A stretch of 64,000 bases of DNA. Origin: Myxococcota bacterium (lineage in GTDB: Bacteria > Myxococcota_A > Polyangia > Polyangiales > Houyiibacteriaceae). This document shows positions 61,639 through 64,000 of the stretch, in pieces (the stretch's first letter is position 1; every line of letters begins with the position of its first letter). The notes under the pieces are model-generated. The model made no database searches. It was not told the origin of the DNA and saw nothing but the letters and a program-made list of their open reading frames with translations. A program made the translations under genes and the position numbers. Where the stretch lies: positions 32,001 to 96,000 of the forward strand of contig JBCCEA010000003.1 in NCBI GenBank assembly GCA_039030515.1, read 5' to 3'.

Positions 61639-62511
61639 TCAGAGTATGTTTTGAACTTGCTCGCGGATTCGCTCTACAGAGGCCTTGATCGCGATCACCG
61701 AAGGTGTGATCAGCGTGTCGGGACATTTGCTGCCAAGGGTATTGGCCTCTCGGGCCATCTCTTGGGTCAGAAACTCTAGCTTGCGCCCCACTGGAGCCGA
61801 CTCTGTCTCGATCAGTTCGAGAAACTGTTCGCCATGACTGTGCAGTCGTTGAAGTTCCTCTGCGACATCCGATCGGTCGGCGAAGAGGGCCAGCTCTTGT
61901 TCCAAACGACCGGGATCGAGCTTGATGTCGAGCTCGGGAAGCCAAGTGCGTACCCGTTCTTGCAAGCGGTTGCGATATCGATTTAAAATTTGAGGTACCT
62001 GTCCGCGTATTTTTGCTTCATGAGCTCGTATTTCCTCGATCAGTCGAGTTAACTCGCGTTTGAGTGCTGCTCCCTCGCGCTGGCGCATTGTAGAGAGTTC
62101 TTCGCAAGCTTGAGTACACGCGGTTTCCACTGCGTTGGATGCCGCAACTGGATCGAAGTCTTGAATTCGAGTGAAGAGATCGGGCACACAGTTGAGAATG
62201 GTGAGCGGTAAGGGTTCCTCCGGCCGCACCCGATCGCGTACTGCGCAGAGCTGGGCGTAGGCGCTCGCAGCACGCTCTATATCGAGACGGGGCTGACAGT
62301 TCATCCCCTCTAGCTTCACGGTCGCTTCGATGCGTCCCCGAAGAACCCGAGAGCGGATGATCTGCTCCAGGGCTGCCGAGTGATCGGAGAGCTCAGTTGG
62401 AGCCCGCACGCGAATATCCAGGAATCGGTGGTTTACCGCTTTGAGCTCTATGATCACCTGGCCTTCCGCTAGGGGTGCAGCGGCAGTGCCGTAGCCGGTC
62501 ATGCTCCTCAT
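61639..62511 (-). CDS. yicC: YicC/YloC-family endoribonuclease
   Basis: MRSMTGYG, VNHRFLD, GRKLEFLTQEMAREANTLGSK, REQVQN. Confidence 0.94.
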   Translation of the reverse strand: MRSMTGYGTAAAPLAEGQVIIELKAVNHRFLDIRVRAPTELSDHSAALEQIIRSRVLRGRIEATVKLEGMNCQPRLDIERAASAYAQLCAVRDRVRPEEPLPLTILNCVPDLFTRIQDFDPVAASNAVETACTQACEELSTMRQREGAALKRELTRLIEEIRAHEAKIRGQVPQILNRYRNRLQERVRTWLPELDIKLDPGRLEQELALFADRSDVAEELQRLHSHGEQFLELIETESAPVGRKLEFLTQEMAREANTLGSKCPDTLITPSVIAIKASVERIREQVQNIL

Positions 62512-63476
62512 GGCGTGTGACCGGCGGATGCTGCTTGCCGATAGAAACTCAAGGTGCGCTTCAGACCTTCTTCGATGGATATCCGAGGTTGGTATCCAAG
62601 TAGACGGCTTGCCAGCGCGATATCTGCAACTGAGTGCAGCACGTCCCCGTCTCGGACGCCATGAAACCGTGGGATGTGACTTTGTCTGAGTTCCCGGCAA
62701 AGGAGCTGAAACAAGGCACTCACGCTGCAGGATACTCCGGTCCCTATATTGACCACTTCTCCCTTGGGCTCAGGGCATTCAAGCGCTGCGAGATTGGCCG
62801 CAACGACGTCTCCAACAAAGCAAAAATCTCGCGTTTGAGAACCATCGCCGAAGATGGTCGGAGTCTCCCCCGCAAGAAACTGGGTGACAAACTTCGGAAT
62901 CACCGATGCATAAGCGGACCGGACATCTTGGTCGGGGCCGTACACGTTGAAGTACCGCAGGGATATCGTGCCCATGCCGTGTAGATGGGCGAAGGTCTGT
63001 AGATGATGCTCCGCCGCGACCTTGCTCGCCGCATAGGGGGAGCGTGGCTTCGGTTGCATCTCCTCTCGCTTGGGCAGCGTGGGCGTGTCTCCGTAAGCTG
63101 CCGCAGAGGCGGCAAGAATGAAGCGGCGGATGCCTTTCGCCTTCGAAGCTAGCAGTAGCTGTAGGGTGCCCACGTCGTTGACCGAAACGCACCGCATCGG
63201 GTCGTGGACGGACTCTGGAACTGACACGACTGCCGCTTGGTGGATCACAGTCTTGGCGTCATGCATCGCGCTTTCGACGTCATCACGGCTGCGCACGTCT
63301 CCCTCGATGAAGCGAATGTCTCCGCGAAGCCCCTCGATCCGGCGGAGGTTTCCGGTAGAGAGATCATCGAGTACCGTAACGCGCTCTCCGCGACCTAAAA
63401 GTGCCCGCGCGATGTGCGAGCCGATAAAACCAGCGCCGCCCGTAACTAGGTGTCTCTCGGTACCCACTATTGCCAT
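62508..63476 (-). CDS. NAD-dependent nucleotide-sugar epimerase/dehydratase
   Basis: VTGGAGFIGSH, YAASK, LRYFNVYGP, GDGSQTRDF. Confidence 0.92.
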   Translation of the reverse strand: MAIVGTERHLVTGGAGFIGSHIARALLGRGERVTVLDDLSTGNLRRIEGLRGDIRFIEGDVRSRDDVESAMHDAKTVIHQAAVVSVPESVHDPMRCVSVNDVGTLQLLLASKAKGIRRFILAASAAAYGDTPTLPKREEMQPKPRSPYAASKVAAEHHLQTFAHLHGMGTISLRYFNVYGPDQDVRSAYASVIPKFVTQFLAGETPTIFGDGSQTRDFCFVGDVVAANLAALECPEPKGEVVNIGTGVSCSVSALFQLLCRELRQSHIPRFHGVRDGDVLHSVADIALASRLLGYQPRISIEEGLKRTLSFYRQAASAGHTP

Positions 63477-63575
63477 TGCGTAGCCATCTTTGCAGACGTT
63501 CCGCTGCAAGTTTTGGGATTTAGCTGAAATATGAAGTGTTCTCGATACTCTCTAGAAAGATGCGCGGACTGGTAC

Positions 63576-64000
63576 CTAGTTTCTTTCGGTTAATCCTCGC
63601 TTGCGACGAATCTGCTCCATCACGCGTCCATACTCGATTTCAAAAGTTGCAGTCCCTTCCTGCAAGTTCTTGATTTTAGAACGAACTTCCCGATCTAGCT
63701 CGTCATCTAGGTCCATGTGTCTTTTGAAAATGGGTGTCAGTGCGATGCGTAGTTGTCGGTCTTCTGCGTATATTTCCTCGACGTTGTTTGAGTGAAATAG
63801 CATGTTAAGGACCTGTCCGATGAGATACGGTAAAATATCATCTTGCGTCGGAGCGCCCATATCCTTGGCCACCTCTGCTTTGGTCCTACCCAAATGGCTG
63901 TAACCGAGTTTACGGTGCTCCATCCGGTTTTTGGCCTCTTCCACAACCGCACGATCGCGCCGAAGATACTCTTTGAGCACCGCCTCAAGATCCAGCCGAA
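63576..64000 (-). CDS. DUF507-family protein (5' truncated by the window edge)
   Basis: The frame is open to the window end (RLDLEAVLKEYLR...); ends EVRSKIKNLQEGT...RRKRGL. Confidence 0.75.
   Translation of the reverse strand, partial: RLDLEAVLKEYLRRDRAVVEEAKNRMEHRKLGYSHLGRTKAEVAKDMGAPTQDDILPYLIGQVLNMLFHSNNVEEIYAEDRQLRIALTPIFKRHMDLDDELDREVRSKIKNLQEGTATFEIEYGRVMEQIRRKRGLTERN

Noticed and set aside
61517..61945. Long N-terminal extension of gmk in the ORF track (similar extensions for trpE from 34331, yicC to 62700 and the lipoprotein to 54050)
   Set aside because: The extensions overlap neighbouring genes and look like off-frame sequence; family motifs begin at the downstream starts.

Overview
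A mostly housekeeping region of a GC-rich bacterial chromosome, most likely Myxococcota. The lineage call is inferred from a giant GltI/AgmK-like TPR gene, a MYXO-CTERM-type surface protein with its beta-barrel partner, and a TIGR04551-like protein. The window holds an rpmF-fabH-fabG-acpP-fabF-rpiB operon without plsX or fabD, HMG-CoA lyase, an 11.2-kb TPR gene, a class IV aminotransferase, truA, asd, a NUDIX hydrolase, four tRNAs (Gln-CTG, Glu-CTC, Asp-GTC, Val-TAC), a macro-domain protein, a Sua5/YciO-family gene, coaBC, a VanW-family gene, glyA, trpE, tig-clpP-clpX-lon, rnj, radA, gmk, yicC and an epimerase. About 9.4 kb of accessory DNA (RND efflux trio, OM barrel, decayed genes) lies between tRNA-Val and tRNA-Asp. 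I found no CRISPR array, integrase or transposase. The most notable unexplained signals are: a perfect 19-bp inverted repeat bracketing the gmk stop and the next gene's start; a long hairpin in the rpmF-fab leader; repeated micro-duplications at stop codons; a degenerate second copy of part of tRNA-Asp; a macro domain fused to a Tudor-like tail; and a His-rich four-TM membrane protein. All family calls come from motif recognition by eye; no searches were run.
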